Positions 39,010-49,774 of a DNA stretch of 64,000 nt are shown piece after piece. Each line of letters opens with the position of its first letter. Positions within the stretch are counted from its first letter, which is position 1. Under the pieces are notes generated by a model. That model had not been told where the DNA came from, did no database searches, and was given only the letters and a program-made list of their open reading frames with translations. Made by a program: the position numbers and the translations under genes. The DNA is from Spirochaetia bacterium (GTDB lineage Bacteria > Spirochaetota > Spirochaetia > DSM-2461): NCBI GenBank assembly GCA_963668315.1, contig OY764216.1, positions 5,088,001-5,152,000 of the forward strand, in the 5' to 3' direction.

Positions 39010-39723
39010 TTACCGATTCTTTACAGAATATGTGATGTCAGAAACAGCCCCGTCCTCCCGAATCATGATTTCCCGGATCCGCGAAAGGACCGGATCATAA
39101 AACCTGTGCCGTCCCGCAGGCAGCCGCGGAGGAATCCCCATTCCCAGAAACGTGTCATCTGAAATCCACTCATCCTCCCCTTCTGCCACCAGGGCAAAAA
39201 GAGGAGAAACCCTGATACGGTAGAGAGCCATCTCGCCCTGCCCAATGTACCGGACCAATCCGTCCAGGTCCAAAAACCAGGGGGATTCTGTCTCTTCCCG
39301 GGTGAACTCCCGGAAAAAACGGGAGACATTAAACAGTCTCAGATCGCCCCCTTCCAGATAGACCCTCCGCAGAACAGCCCCCGCCGGCCCGGACTCAAAG
39401 GACAGATAACCGCTGTCCCCGGATAATCCGTCCAGATAGAGAGCGGCCGGCTTGAGGGAGAATCCGGCCGGTCCCCGGGGCGTTGCCAAGACAATTAGCT
39501 CCTCTTCCCGTCCGGATTTCAGAGTGAATTCACGGCGGTCCTCCTGAACGGAGAAATCGGTGAGACCGTTCTGGAAAGAAAGAACTTCCACATCCCAGCT
39601 TTCGATAAAATCATACTCCCCGGAAAGAGCGGGAAGAACAACCGTATACTCCCTTTCGGCCGGGAAAAAAGTGCACCCCATAAAGAGCACGGACAGAATC
39701 CCCGGAATAAATCCTTTATGCAT
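39010..39723 (-). CDS. Putative lipoprotein
   Basis: Signal peptide ending in an LFMG-C lipobox. Confidence 0.7.
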   Translation of the reverse strand: MHKGFIPGILSVLFMGCTFFPAEREYTVVLPALSGEYDFIESWDVEVLSFQNGLTDFSVQEDRREFTLKSGREEELIVLATPRGPAGFSLKPAALYLDGLSGDSGYLSFESGPAGAVLRRVYLEGGDLRLFNVSRFFREFTREETESPWFLDLDGLVRYIGQGEMALYRIRVSPLFALVAEGEDEWISDDTFLGMGIPPRLPAGRHRFYDPVLSRIREIMIREDGAVSDITYSVKNR

Positions 39724-39750
39724 ACCCCCTGGGGGGGGGCAAATTATTCC

Positions 39751-40284
39751 CTATAACCCGTTTTTCAGGTTTTCCTTGTAAATATTGCGAATTTCCTTAA
39801 GAATATCCCTGTTCTCCCGGCTGCGGAAATCGGGATAGGTCCATTCCAGAGGTTCGAAGTCCTTCTTTCTGAAAAGGAGGGTGGTCTCCCCGTAGATACC
39901 GTCGGACAGAGGAATCCGGTGGGCATTGTCCTTGGTTGTGGCCAGGACAAAACGGCTCAGGGCCATGACGCCCGGATCCAGGTTCACCATACGGCGCCCC
40001 TCATCCAGGGCGTATTTTTTCTCCATCCGGTTGGTCTCTCTCTTTATCGCGGACAGGGCGGAAGGATCGACCAGCCTCTCGAAGGAGTAGAACCAGCGGA
40101 ATATGGGCGTTCCCATTTCCCCGTCGTAATAGTTCGTATAATCAAAGGCGAGAGGGCCTGCTTTATAATCAAAAGGGCCCCATTTTTCCTTCAGTTCCGA
40201 TTCGAGAGACTCCCGCAGATCTTCCCGGGAGATTAATAAGCCTATGACGAGCTTCTCTTCTGTAAAAAGTGATTCTTTCCCCAC
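39751..40284 (-). CDS. DUF4416-family protein
   Basis: F.YT.YY..EMG, NLDPG, LATTK...HRI.L..GIY.E and WTYPD motifs; GTG start at 40284. Confidence 0.85.
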   Translation of the reverse strand: MGKESLFTEEKLVIGLLISREDLRESLESELKEKWGPFDYKAGPLAFDYTNYYDGEMGTPIFRWFYSFERLVDPSALSAIKRETNRMEKKYALDEGRRMVNLDPGVMALSRFVLATTKDNAHRIPLSDGIYGETTLLFRKKDFEPLEWTYPDFRSRENRDILKEIRNIYKENLKNGL

Positions 40285-40352
40285 AATTCCTCTCCATAAA
40301 GACGGCAAAACTATTGCATAAACCGGTCCATTCGTTCGATACTAATACTATT

Positions 40353-41768
40353 ATGGAAGAAAATAGGGATTTTGTACAAGAACTGGAAGAGGGATTAAAG
40401 GCAAAGAGAGTGGAACTGGAAAGCTCCATTTTACCGAGCCTGAAAGAAGATCTCCGTAGCTTTGGAAACACCTTCCATATGATGTATACCTACCTCGTCC
40501 AGAAGGGTTTTCTGAAAGAGGATCATTACAACTACGAGCAAACCTCGTCCCTGGAGCCCCCTTCCTCCGATCCTATAGCCGATGCAGAAATGGTTTCGGA
40601 ACTGAGCTACCGTCTCTCAAGTTACGACAGCACAATGGATTATCTGAACAACGTCTATGATGTGGATATAGATAAACTGAATCTGGGCGGCATAAAAAAA
40701 GTCCTTTCCGTCGTGGATTATATCAAATGGAACAGCCTCGGCAGCAACACGACCCATTCCATAACACGGGCACTTTCTCTGATAATGGACAAGATTATCA
40801 CCAATTCCAATGACCCGGTCAGTTCCGAAGTACGCTTCAACGCCATCTCCACGCAGATAACCAATTACAAGAACATCAAGGAAAAGCTGAAGGAGATAAG
40901 CCTCTACCAGAGGGAAGCCTATAAATTCCGGATCCGGTCGGTGATCCTGCCCAGCGTCAATCCGACCTCGGAGATGGTGGCAAAGGATCTGAAGGGCCTT
41001 TTGATGTCCATAAAGCTTGAAATCGGCTCACAGCTTCCCGGCTCTCCCTTCTACCGGGAGCTTATTGAAGAGATACTGGATGAGGACTTCGGCTTCGACG
41101 GGGAAAGGAAAAGAGCCGACCTTCTGAAAAGACTGAATGTACAGGGCAAGAAGGACAGCCAGAAGAAAAAGAAGAAAGAGCCCGAAAGGAAAGTGGACAA
41201 GCAGACCCTTCTCAAGATTATTCCCGATCTGTCCAAATCGGCCGATCAGCTGGGATCGGCTCTGGCCAAACTGGAAAACAACAGGGAAATCACCTCATCA
41301 AAAAAGAAAGGTCTGGCGGAAATTCTGCGCCGTTTCTTCAATAGAAGGGAAGAGGATGTCTACTACGATGTGAAGACCACCGACCCTGTCAGCGGACAGT
41401 CCCGCAAGGTAAGAATCAACTTCACCACCCTTTCCGATAAAATCCGCAAGAAAACCCAGCTGCTCAGAAATATCGGAAATATCAACTCCCAGCAGTACGA
41501 AAAGCTGGCCCAGTATTCCGAAGAGATGCTCAAGGAATTCATCGATAACAATCTTATGGAAATACGCTCGTTCCACCGGCAGATGGTCGGGCTGGACGAA
41601 ATGTTCAAAAAAGAGGATGAACCCACTGTCAAGGCACGCATCAGGGGTATCCGCGTCGAGACGGACACTCTCAAAAGGCTCTATATGGAGTGCAACAAGA
41701 GCCTTAAGGAGTACATGTCCATCAAGGAAGAGATGGCCCAGCTGAAAGCACTGGGCATCAACAATTAA
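40353..41768 (+). CDS. Coiled-coil-rich hypothetical protein
   Basis: Long ORF with native codon usage; likely start MEENRDF at 40353. Confidence 0.75.
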   Translation: MEENRDFVQELEEGLKAKRVELESSILPSLKEDLRSFGNTFHMMYTYLVQKGFLKEDHYNYEQTSSLEPPSSDPIADAEMVSELSYRLSSYDSTMDYLNNVYDVDIDKLNLGGIKKVLSVVDYIKWNSLGSNTTHSITRALSLIMDKIITNSNDPVSSEVRFNAISTQITNYKNIKEKLKEISLYQREAYKFRIRSVILPSVNPTSEMVAKDLKGLLMSIKLEIGSQLPGSPFYRELIEEILDEDFGFDGERKRADLLKRLNVQGKKDSQKKKKKEPERKVDKQTLLKIIPDLSKSADQLGSALAKLENNREITSSKKKGLAEILRRFFNRREEDVYYDVKTTDPVSGQSRKVRINFTTLSDKIRKKTQLLRNIGNINSQQYEKLAQYSEEMLKEFIDNNLMEIRSFHRQMVGLDEMFKKEDEPTVKARIRGIRVETDTLKRLYMECNKSLKEYMSIKEEMAQLKALGINN

Positions 41769-43660
41769 ACCCGGTAGAGCCCTAGAATCCGGAATCCCTT
41801 TACCGCGTCCCTTACATCTTCGGCTGCCTTGATAAAAGCCTCCTTGTCCTGGGGAACGTCAAAATCCACATAGAAGGAGTAACTCCAGGGTTTGCCGTGT
41901 ATCGGCCGGGATTCGATCCGCGTCATGTTCAGATGATGGCGGGCGAACAGAGCCAGACATTTGGAGAGGGACCCGGTTTCATCGGAGACCTCGAACATGA
42001 CGGTAGCCTTGTTCGGTTTGGTAACCTTAACGTTCTCGGCCCTTCCGATCACGGCGAACCGTGTATAGTTGTTCGGATTGGTTTCAATCCCGTCCCTGAT
42101 AATTTCCATATCCCAGACCCGCGCCGCTTCGTCGCTGGCTATGGCAGCCCTGTGGAGAGCGTCCTTTTCTGCGGCCAGATCGGCCACGGCTCCGGAGGTA
42201 TCGTAGGCGGGAATCGGCGCCAGCTTATGCTCCCTGATAAAACGCTCGCACTGGGCCAGGGCCTGCGGATGGGAACGGACTTCTGTGATATCCTCCAGCT
42301 TCACGCCCTTATGGGCAATGAGATTGTGTCTTATGCGGATTTTAATCTCGCCCACAATGCTGATATCGGGATTCAGATTCAAAAGATCATAGTTTTCCAG
42401 AATAGAACCGGCCAGAGAGTTCTCCACGGGGATCATACCCCAGTCGGCTTTGCCCTTGAGAACCGAGTCGAAGACCTCTTCGAAGGAGCCGCAGGGAAGG
42501 GATTCCGCTTTATCCTCGGGAAAATAGTGCTTCAAAGCCTTCTCGCTGTAGGCACCGGGGGCTCCCTGAAAAGCGACCCGGCAGCTGTCTCCCGAGAAAC
42601 TGACCTTTTCATCCACCGCGGCGGAAAGATTATGATTTTCGGGCAGACGGGCCACTTCCTTCCCCACCACGGGGGCGAGGGCTTCCACATCGTGTACAAG
42701 CTTGGCGAACTGTTCGGGATAGAGAGACTGGGCCCCGTCGGAAACGGCCTGGTCCGGATCGGGATGCACCTCGACTATCAGACCGTTCGCTCCGGCGGCG
42801 ACGCCTGCCAGGGCCATGGGAAGAACTTTATTCCTGATACCCGTTCCGTGGGAAGGATCCACGATGACCGGCAGATGGCTGAGTTTGCGGACAATGGGGA
42901 TGGCGGAGATATCCAGGGTATTCCTGGTATAGGTCTCGAAGGTGCGTATGCCCCTTTCACAGAGAATGACCTTGTCCGTACCGGAGGAGAGCAGATATTC
43001 CGCCGCCATGAGCCACTCGTTTATCGTGGCGGACAGTCCCCGCTTGAGTATGACGGGCATACCCATGGAGCCGACGGTCTTCAGAAGCTCGAAATTCTGC
43101 ATATTCCGTGCGCCTATCTGATAAACGTCGATATAATCGGCCATGCCTTCCACATCCCCGGTAGCCACGACTTCGGTGACGACGGGCATGCCTGTTGCTT
43201 CGCCCGCTTCCTTGAGGAGCTTCAATCCTTCAAAGCCCAGTCCCTGGAAGGAGTAAGGCGATGTACGCGGTTTGAAGGCACCGCCCCTGAGCATGACGCC
43301 TCCCGCGTCCTTGACCGCCCGGGCCGCGGTCATGATCTGTTCCCGCGATTCCACGGCGCAGGGACCGCCGATAATGACGATGCGCGATCCCCCCACGGTA
43401 ACAGGCCCTACGGAAAAGACCGTATCCTCCCTGTGAAGTTCCCGGGAAGCCAGCTTATATGGCTTGGAAATGGGAATAACACGGGCAACACCCGGCAGAA
43501 GTTCAATGTGTCTCTGATCGATAGAGACCTGTCCCACAGCACCCAGAATAGTCTCCTTCTCGCCCACGATTTCGCGGACCTGAAGACCTCTTCCACTGAG
43601 GAAATCCTTTATATAGGTTTTTTCCTTTTCCGATACACCTGTTTCCAATACGATAATCAT
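41765..43660 (-). CDS. aroF-pheA: Fused DAHP synthase (type I-beta) / prephenate dehydratase
   Basis: [19 protein letters not shown] and QIGARNMQN (DAHPS); [28 protein letters not shown] and IESRP (PDT plus ACT). Confidence 0.93.
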   Translation of the reverse strand: MIIVLETGVSEKEKTYIKDFLSGRGLQVREIVGEKETILGAVGQVSIDQRHIELLPGVARVIPISKPYKLASRELHREDTVFSVGPVTVGGSRIVIIGGPCAVESREQIMTAARAVKDAGGVMLRGGAFKPRTSPYSFQGLGFEGLKLLKEAGEATGMPVVTEVVATGDVEGMADYIDVYQIGARNMQNFELLKTVGSMGMPVILKRGLSATINEWLMAAEYLLSSGTDKVILCERGIRTFETYTRNTLDISAIPIVRKLSHLPVIVDPSHGTGIRNKVLPMALAGVAAGANGLIVEVHPDPDQAVSDGAQSLYPEQFAKLVHDVEALAPVVGKEVARLPENHNLSAAVDEKVSFSGDSCRVAFQGAPGAYSEKALKHYFPEDKAESLPCGSFEEVFDSVLKGKADWGMIPVENSLAGSILENYDLLNLNPDISIVGEIKIRIRHNLIAHKGVKLEDITEVRSHPQALAQCERFIREHKLAPIPAYDTSGAVADLAAEKDALHRAAIASDEAARVWDMEIIRDGIETNPNNYTRFAVIGRAENVKVTKPNKATVMFEVSDETGSLSKCLALFARHHLNMTRIESRPIHGKPWSYSFYVDFDVPQDKEAFIKAAEDVRDAVKGFRILGLYRV

Positions 43661-43796
43661 GGCAGATATGATAAGCCAAAAAGAGGGATTGGGGAACCAT
43701 TTCCCTCTCGGGGACAGGAACTTTTATCTCTTTTTTTTTACGGGATTTTCTATTTCGGAACATGTGAAATTGCAAATAATTCAACTATATTTGCAA

Positions 43797-43844
43797 ACTA
43801 CATTCTTGTAGTCTATTGACCATAAAACTACAAAAATGTACAGT
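43797..43844 (+). promoter_or_regulatory. Sigma70 promoter of the activator gene overlapped by two TACA-N4-TGTA sites
   Basis: TTGACC-N17-TACAGT; ACTACAttctTGTAGT at 43797 and ACTACAaaaaTGTACA at 43827. Confidence 0.65.
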
Positions 43845-43852
43845 AAACCACT

Positions 43853-45439
43853 ATGGATATCAGCTCCCAGCACTATAGAAGAAAAATTCAGGAATTGACT
43901 CTTCTTTTTGAAATAAGCCAACTTCTCGATGGTAATCCCGACATAAAAACGGTCATAAAACCCCTTCTGGAGTCCATGGCCGAAAATATGGGGATGCACA
44001 GGGGAACAATAACCCTGATGAACAGGGCTACCCAGGAAATAAGCATCCAGGCCGCCTACGGACTGACCGATGCGGAGATGAGCAAGGGAACTTACCATAT
44101 CGGAGAGGGCATAACGGGACGGGTCGTAGCGACGGGAGAACCGGTCGTCGTCCCCAATGTATCAAAGGATCCCTCCTTTCTCAACAGGACGGGGACCAGG
44201 GAAATGGGCAGTCAGAAGGACATCTCATTCATCTGCGTTCCCATCAAAATCGGGAAGGAGACGGCGGGAACCCTGAGCGTGGACCGTCTGTTTGCCGATA
44301 ACATCAGCCTGGATGAGGATGTGAGACTTTTAAGCATTGTCGCGTCGATGATCTCCCAGGCCCTGAAACTCCGGCAGCAGCTGGAAGAGGAGAAGGCGGC
44401 ACTTGTCGCAGAGAAGGAGCAGCTTCAGAAACAGCTTCAGGAACGGTTCCAGCCCTCCAATATCATCGGCAATTCCCAGGCCATGCAGGAAGTCTACGAT
44501 CTGATCGGACAGGTTTCCCGCAGCGAGGCCACCGTACTTATCCGCGGACAGAGCGGTACGGGAAAAGAGCTGGTGGCCCACGCCATCCATTACAACAGCT
44601 TTCGCGCGGACAAGCCCTTCATCAAAGTAAACTGCGCCGCCCTTCCCGAAAGTATTATAGAGAGTGAACTCTTCGGCCATGAGAAAGGAGCCTTTACCGG
44701 AGCTCTCGCCTCCCGGAAGGGACGTTTTGAACTGGCCGACGGCGGTACGATCTTTCTGGACGAGATCGGGGAACTGACCCCCATGACCCAGGTAAAGCTT
44801 CTCAGAGTTCTTCAGGAGAGGGAAATCGAGCGGGTCGGCGGAGTGGAGACCATCAAAGTCAACGTACGGGTCGTAGCGGCGACCAACCGCTCGCTGGAAG
44901 AGGAAATTCAGAAGGGCACTTTTCGGGAGGACCTATTCTACCGGCTCAATGTTTTCCCCATCCATATCCCCGCGCTGAAAGACAGAAAAAGCGATATCAT
45001 GCAGCTGGCAGATCACTTCGTGGAGAAGTATTCCGAAAAAAACCACAAAAATGTAAAGAGAATATCCAGCCCGGCCATAGACCTTCTCATGAGCTACCAT
45101 TGGCCCGGCAACGTAAGAGAACTGGAAAACTGCATCGAACGAGCCGTTCTCGTTACAAGCGATCAGGTCATTCACAGCTACCATCTCCCCCCCAGTCTCC
45201 AGTCGGCCGAATCGACGGGAACCCGGAGCGCTTCGACCCTGCAGGAAGCTCTGGACCAGCTGGAGGAAGAGATGATAAGAGAAGCCCTCAAATCGGCCAG
45301 AGGCAACAGAGCCAAAGCCGCCAGGGAGCTGGGACTGACAGAGAGAATCATGGGGCTGCGTGTGGATAAGTTCCAGATTGATTGTAACCTGTATAAGACA
45401 AAAATGTCGGGAACTAACGACGACAATACAGAAATGTAG
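43853..45439 (+). CDS. GAF-domain sigma54-dependent activator (NifA/AnfA/VnfA-like)
   Basis: N-terminal GAF domain, [31 protein letters not shown] and a C-terminal Fis-type HTH. Confidence 0.93.
   Translation: MDISSQHYRRKIQELTLLFEISQLLDGNPDIKTVIKPLLESMAENMGMHRGTITLMNRATQEISIQAAYGLTDAEMSKGTYHIGEGITGRVVATGEPVVVPNVSKDPSFLNRTGTREMGSQKDISFICVPIKIGKETAGTLSVDRLFADNISLDEDVRLLSIVASMISQALKLRQQLEEEKAALVAEKEQLQKQLQERFQPSNIIGNSQAMQEVYDLIGQVSRSEATVLIRGQSGTGKELVAHAIHYNSFRADKPFIKVNCAALPESIIESELFGHEKGAFTGALASRKGRFELADGGTIFLDEIGELTPMTQVKLLRVLQEREIERVGGVETIKVNVRVVAATNRSLEEEIQKGTFREDLFYRLNVFPIHIPALKDRKSDIMQLADHFVEKYSEKNHKNVKRISSPAIDLLMSYHWPGNVRELENCIERAVLVTSDQVIHSYHLPPSLQSAESTGTRSASTLQEALDQLEEEMIREALKSARGNRAKAARELGLTERIMGLRVDKFQIDCNLYKTKMSGTNDDNTEM
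45397..45438 (+). promoter_or_regulatory. Putative upstream activator sequence pair for amtB
   Basis: GACAaaaaTGTC (45397) and TACAgaaaTGTA (45427), 30 bp apart. Confidence 0.55.
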
Positions 45440-45462
45440 CTTTTCCAGCATTCATTTTATAC

Positions 45463-45501
45463 AAGGCGGGCTTTCCGGAATGAGGAAAGCCCGCCTTTTT
45501 T
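45463..45501 (+). terminator. Rho-independent terminator
   Basis: aaggcgggctttcc / ggaaagcccgcctt stem followed by a T-run. Confidence 0.85.
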
Positions 45502-45673
45502 ATCCCCTTTCGTTCTTTTTACGAAAAAGAAGATTCTACCTGATTGAACAATTAACTATTTTGTTACAATAAAAAGAATAAATCCCGATAAAAAAGTTCA
45601 CTCTCCCCTCTTCCCCTCTCCCTTCCCCTTCTATTAATGGCAGAGGACTTTGGAATACGGGGAATGGTAATAG

Positions 45674-45690
45674 TTGGCACACCCTTTGCT
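45674..45690 (+). promoter_or_regulatory. Sigma54 -24/-12 promoter of amtB-glnK
   Basis: TTGGCAC-accct-TTGCT with exact GG-N10-GC spacing. Confidence 0.85.
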
Positions 45691-45814
45691 ATATATTTGG
45701 CATAGCTCCCGGAAGCTTGTGTTCGGTTCCACTGAACAGACAGAAGGGGGATAGGAGAGTTGCCCGAAAGGGTCGTTTTTAAAAAAAGAGAAACATTTTA
45801 TAGGAGAATGCAAA

Positions 45815-47140
45815 ATGAAAAAGCGTTTACTTCTGATTGCCGTACTCGCCGTACTGCTTTCACCTGCGATGATCTTCGCAGAGGACGTGGTGGATCCCTC
45901 AGCGGCTTCAGCACTTGATGCTATCTGGCTGATTATCTGTGGTGGTCTGGTCTTCTTTATGCAGGCTGGATTTGCCATGGTGGAAACCGGTCTTACCAGA
46001 GCCAAGAATGCGGGAAACATCATCATGAAGAACCTGATGGACTTTTCCGTAGGCGCCCTTCTTTACTGGGCCATCGGCTGGTCCCTCATGTACGGTCCCG
46101 ACGGAAATGGATTTATTGCTTCGGGAGATTTTTTCCTGGCCAGCGGCGATTATCTCAGCTGGTTTTTCCAGGTAGTTTTTGCCGCCACCGCTGCGACCAT
46201 CGTTTCCGGCGCCATGGCAGAAAGAACCAAGTTCACCTCCTATCTGATATACAGTGTTTTCATTTCCGCCCTGATCTATCCCATTTCCGGTCACTGGATA
46301 TGGGGCGGCGGCTGGCTCGGTTCCAAAGGTTTCCATGACTTTGCCGGTTCTACCGTCGTTCATTCCGTTGGTGGATGGGCCGCTATGATGGGTGCCATTA
46401 TCCTCGGACCCCGTATGGGTAAATATGTCAAGAAGGACGGCAAAGTAACCGTTAAGGCTATCCTGGGCCACAACCTGCCCCTGGCTGCCCTTGGTGTATT
46501 CATCCTCTGGTTCGGCTGGTATGGATTCAATGCCGGTTCTACCCTGGGCGCTTCCTACGACGGCGCTGCTCTGGATATGGCCAAAGTAGCCGTAACCACG
46601 ACGCTTGCCGCTTCCCTCGGTGCCGTATTCGCCATGTTCACCAGCTGGGTTCTGGGCAAAAAGCCCGATGTATCCATGTCCCTTAACGGCGCCCTGGCCG
46701 GTCTTGTCGGTATCACCGCTCCCTGTTGGGTTGTTTCACCCGGTGCCGCCATTATCATCGGTGCCGTTGCCGGTATCCTGGTTGTACTGAGCGTTGAGTT
46801 TTTTGATAAGGTCCTTCATATCGACGATCCGGTCGGTGCTATTTCCGTACACGGCGTCTGCGGTGTCTGGGGAACCCTGTCCGTCGGTCTCTTCGGCGAC
46901 CTTGACATGATTTCTTCCCTGACCGGCGTAACATTGACGAGAGGCGGCCAGATCGGCGTACAGCTCCTCGGTATCGTATCCGTTTTCTTCTGGGTTGCCA
47001 TCACGGCCGGTATCCTCTTCCTCGTTGTAAAGAAGACCGTCGGTCTGAGAGTCGGTGAAGTTGAAGAGCTCCGCGGTCTTGATATTGATGAGCATGGAAC
47101 TGAGTCCTACTCCGGATTCCAGATCTTCCAGAACATGTAA
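45815..47140 (+). CDS. amtB: Ammonium transporter
   Basis: FFMQAGFAMVE.G, DFAGSTVVH, WFGWYGFN and DDPVGAISVHG motifs. Confidence 0.97.
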   Translation: MKKRLLLIAVLAVLLSPAMIFAEDVVDPSAASALDAIWLIICGGLVFFMQAGFAMVETGLTRAKNAGNIIMKNLMDFSVGALLYWAIGWSLMYGPDGNGFIASGDFFLASGDYLSWFFQVVFAATAATIVSGAMAERTKFTSYLIYSVFISALIYPISGHWIWGGGWLGSKGFHDFAGSTVVHSVGGWAAMMGAIILGPRMGKYVKKDGKVTVKAILGHNLPLAALGVFILWFGWYGFNAGSTLGASYDGAALDMAKVAVTTTLAASLGAVFAMFTSWVLGKKPDVSMSLNGALAGLVGITAPCWVVSPGAAIIIGAVAGILVVLSVEFFDKVLHIDDPVGAISVHGVCGVWGTLSVGLFGDLDMISSLTGVTLTRGGQIGVQLLGIVSVFFWVAITAGILFLVVKKTVGLRVGEVEELRGLDIDEHGTESYSGFQIFQNM

Positions 47141-47154
47141 GGAGAGAGAACAAG

Positions 47155-47496
47155 ATGAAATTGATAGTAGCATACATTCAGCCTGATAAGCTCAATGCCG
47201 TTAAGCAGGAGCTTTACAAGGAAGAAGTTTACAAGATGTCCGTAACCAACGCTATGGGATGCGGCCAGCAGATGGGTTACACCGAAACCTACCGTGGTGT
47301 AGAAGTGGAAGTTAACCTTCTGAAGAAGATCCGCATGGAGATCGCCGTTAATGCCGCTTTCGTGGACAAAACTGTTGATGCCATCATTCGGGGCGCCCGC
47401 TCCGGTGAAATCGGAGATGGAAAGATTTTTATTCTTCCCATTGAAGAGTGCATCAGAATCAGAAGCGGAGAGAAAGGCGAAGGCGCCATCGGTTAA
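47155..47496 (+). CDS. glnK: P-II nitrogen regulatory protein
   Basis: G.G.Q.G, YRG and GEIGDGKIF motifs; directly downstream of amtB. Confidence 0.93.
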   Translation: MKLIVAYIQPDKLNAVKQELYKEEVYKMSVTNAMGCGQQMGYTETYRGVEVEVNLLKKIRMEIAVNAAFVDKTVDAIIRGARSGEIGDGKIFILPIEECIRIRSGEKGEGAIG

Positions 47497-47565
47497 TCCG
47501 ATTCTTTCCCAATTATACGGGGCGGCCCGGCCGCCCCGGCTTTCCCAAAACCAAAACCAAACCAG

Positions 47566-47590
47566 AAGACTCCGCGAGGGGTCTTTTTTT
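47566..47590 (+). terminator. Rho-independent terminator of amtB-glnK
   Basis: aagactcc-gcga-ggggtctt followed by a T-run. Confidence 0.8.
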
Positions 47591-47651
47591 ATAAAGGAAT
47601 AGAGTTTTTCATAAGAAAGCACTAGAATAGTAAACAGAAGGAGCTCATTTC

Positions 47652-49772
47652 ATGAAAAGAATCTCCCTTTTCCTGCTAATTATGTTAAATTCCATTATAC
47701 TCGTCGGACAGACTATATCCAGCGGATTGACTGTGTCACCGCAGTTTGTTATTCCTCTCGGAGCGGAAAGGAAAAATTACCTGATAGGTTCCGGATTGAA
47801 GATGGAATATCTTACTTCCTTGCCTTCAGTAGAAATGCTTGCCGCCGGATTAGAGGCTGATTACCTTCTCAATCCGCTTAATCTCGATCAACCCTATTTT
47901 TCTACTGATACGAACCTGAGCCTTATCAATTTCGCTTTGAATCTAAAGGGCGCGCTCCCCCTGGGAGATCAGCTTATCCTATGGACTGGAATCGGAGGGG
48001 GGGGCACCTACGCTATGCTCAGGGGCGATAAAGAGGGAAACGCCCTAGGGTACAACTGGAAAGCGGGGATGGGTATGACCTTCCAATTCAGTAACAGAAC
48101 CAGCTTTCTCCTTGATGCATCCTACCTTTCCCAGGTAGATCTTTACAACGGCCTCTCACTGAGCCTGGGTTTCTCAAGCCGATTAGGAGGCAGCGGTTCA
48201 TCTGTCATTCCCCGGGAAAGTTATTACCCGACCCATCCAGGAAATATTCAGGATGGAGGGCTCATAGAGTTTCTCGATGTACAGATGGAGAAAATTTTCC
48301 CCGTTCTGTATAAGCATTACCTTACCCACCCGATTGGCAAGGCAATAATCAGAAATAAAGGTAAAATACCCCTTGATGATATAGATATTTTCTTCTCCAC
48401 CGAGCGCTATATGGATAATCCCATCTTAAGCGCCCATATTGAAAGCTTGTTACCGGGGGAAACGCGTGATGTGAATATTACAGCCCTGTTCAACGAAGAG
48501 ATTCTAAGCATCACCGAAGGAGCCAAGCTTGCGGCAAACCTGAAAGCCGAATACACAGCAAGCGGCTCAAAGACTTTTGATGAAGACAGACTGACCGTTG
48601 AAACATGGCACAGGAACGCCATGACCTGGGATGATGACCGGAAGATAGCTGCATTTGTCACCCCCCGGGACGAAGAGATTCAAAAGCTTGCCAGAAATAC
48701 TGCCTCCGATATACGGAATACGGGCCTCATGACCTTCAGCCATGATTTCCAGCTGGCCATAGCCCTGCTTGAACTGATGGATGCCATAGGATGCACCTAT
48801 GTCATCGATCCTCAGTCGTCCTATGAGGATTTTTCAGAAAACGCATTTGAAGTGGATTCTATACAATTTCCCAGGCAGACACTTCAATTCCGGGCGGGGG
48901 ATTGTGATGATCTCTCCTCGGCGTATAACGCCCTTCTGGAAGCTGTGTCCATTCCAACCGCCTTTATAACCGTGCCGGGTCACATATTCTCCGCCTTCAA
49001 ACTCAATCAAACCATGGAAGAAGCGCGGCATATGTTCAGCAGTACGGATAACTTTATAATGATACAGGATGATGAGAACCCCGATGATCCGAGGAACGGG
49101 ATCTGGGTACCCGTGGAAACGACAGCCCTATCGCGGGGATTTGTTAATGCCTGGGAACTGGGAGCGCGCCAGTGGAAAAGCGGCCAAGGAGAACTGATTG
49201 CCGTTGCCGATGCCTGGAAGACCTACGAACCTGTAGCCTTCGGAGTTTCCCACACCGAACTGCCCCTACCCGAAAACGACGATGTGGACTACCTCTTTAC
49301 AAGGGAGCTCGATAAGTTTGTCGGGCGGGAGCTTTCCTACCGCGAGCGCCCCTTCCTAGCCCGTCTGCAGAAGTCTCCCGGAGACGTGAGAATACTCAAT
49401 TCACTGGGTGTTCTTTATGCTCGTTACGATAGATGGGACAGGGCGGAAGAACTTTTTCTGCAGGCCATGCCGGAAGAGATGGCCATGATAAATATGGGGA
49501 ACCTGAAATACCTCTCAGGCCGATACGCAGAGGCGGAAGAGTACTACCGCCGTGTGTTAGAAGCAGAGCCGGAGCAGCCTCGGGCTCTCCTGGGGATAAT
49601 ACAGACAGCCCAGGCGCTGGAAAAGGACGAAATGGCCGACGAGTACGAAAGAAAGCTGAGGGAAATCGCCCCCGAACTGGCCGAACGGTATACTTCATCA
49701 ACAGAAAAAGAGGGAGCAAACAAAGCTTCGTCTGTCCTGACGAATAATAATCTGATCATTTGGGAGGAATAA
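47652..49772 (+). CDS. Exported multidomain protein: OM beta-barrel-like N-terminus, transglutaminase-like core, TPR C-terminus
   Basis: Signal peptide, amphipathic beta-strands, GDCDD / GHIF / VPVETT motifs and TPR helices. Confidence 0.7.
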   Translation: MKRISLFLLIMLNSIILVGQTISSGLTVSPQFVIPLGAERKNYLIGSGLKMEYLTSLPSVEMLAAGLEADYLLNPLNLDQPYFSTDTNLSLINFALNLKGALPLGDQLILWTGIGGGGTYAMLRGDKEGNALGYNWKAGMGMTFQFSNRTSFLLDASYLSQVDLYNGLSLSLGFSSRLGGSGSSVIPRESYYPTHPGNIQDGGLIEFLDVQMEKIFPVLYKHYLTHPIGKAIIRNKGKIPLDDIDIFFSTERYMDNPILSAHIESLLPGETRDVNITALFNEEILSITEGAKLAANLKAEYTASGSKTFDEDRLTVETWHRNAMTWDDDRKIAAFVTPRDEEIQKLARNTASDIRNTGLMTFSHDFQLAIALLELMDAIGCTYVIDPQSSYEDFSENAFEVDSIQFPRQTLQFRAGDCDDLSSAYNALLEAVSIPTAFITVPGHIFSAFKLNQTMEEARHMFSSTDNFIMIQDDENPDDPRNGIWVPVETTALSRGFVNAWELGARQWKSGQGELIAVADAWKTYEPVAFGVSHTELPLPENDDVDYLFTRELDKFVGRELSYRERPFLARLQKSPGDVRILNSLGVLYARYDRWDRAEELFLQAMPEEMAMINMGNLKYLSGRYAEAEEYYRRVLEAEPEQPRALLGIIQTAQALEKDEMADEYERKLREIAPELAERYTSSTEKEGANKASSVLTNNNLIIWEE

Positions 49773-49774
49773 CA

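Noticed and set aside
43681..43712. Attenuator upstream of aroF-pheA (agaggga/tccctct plus T-run)
   Set aside because: No aromatic-rich leader peptide or T-box was seen, and the likely -10 lies downstream of the hairpin.
41897..43819. 640-aa plus-strand ORF (likewise 33144-34700, 9230-10213 and 59600-60697)
   Set aside because: Antisense shadows of well-supported genes.
43853..45439. Calling the activator nifA and inferring nitrogen fixation
   Set aside because: No nif genes in the window, and no clear TGT-N10-ACA sites at the target promoters.
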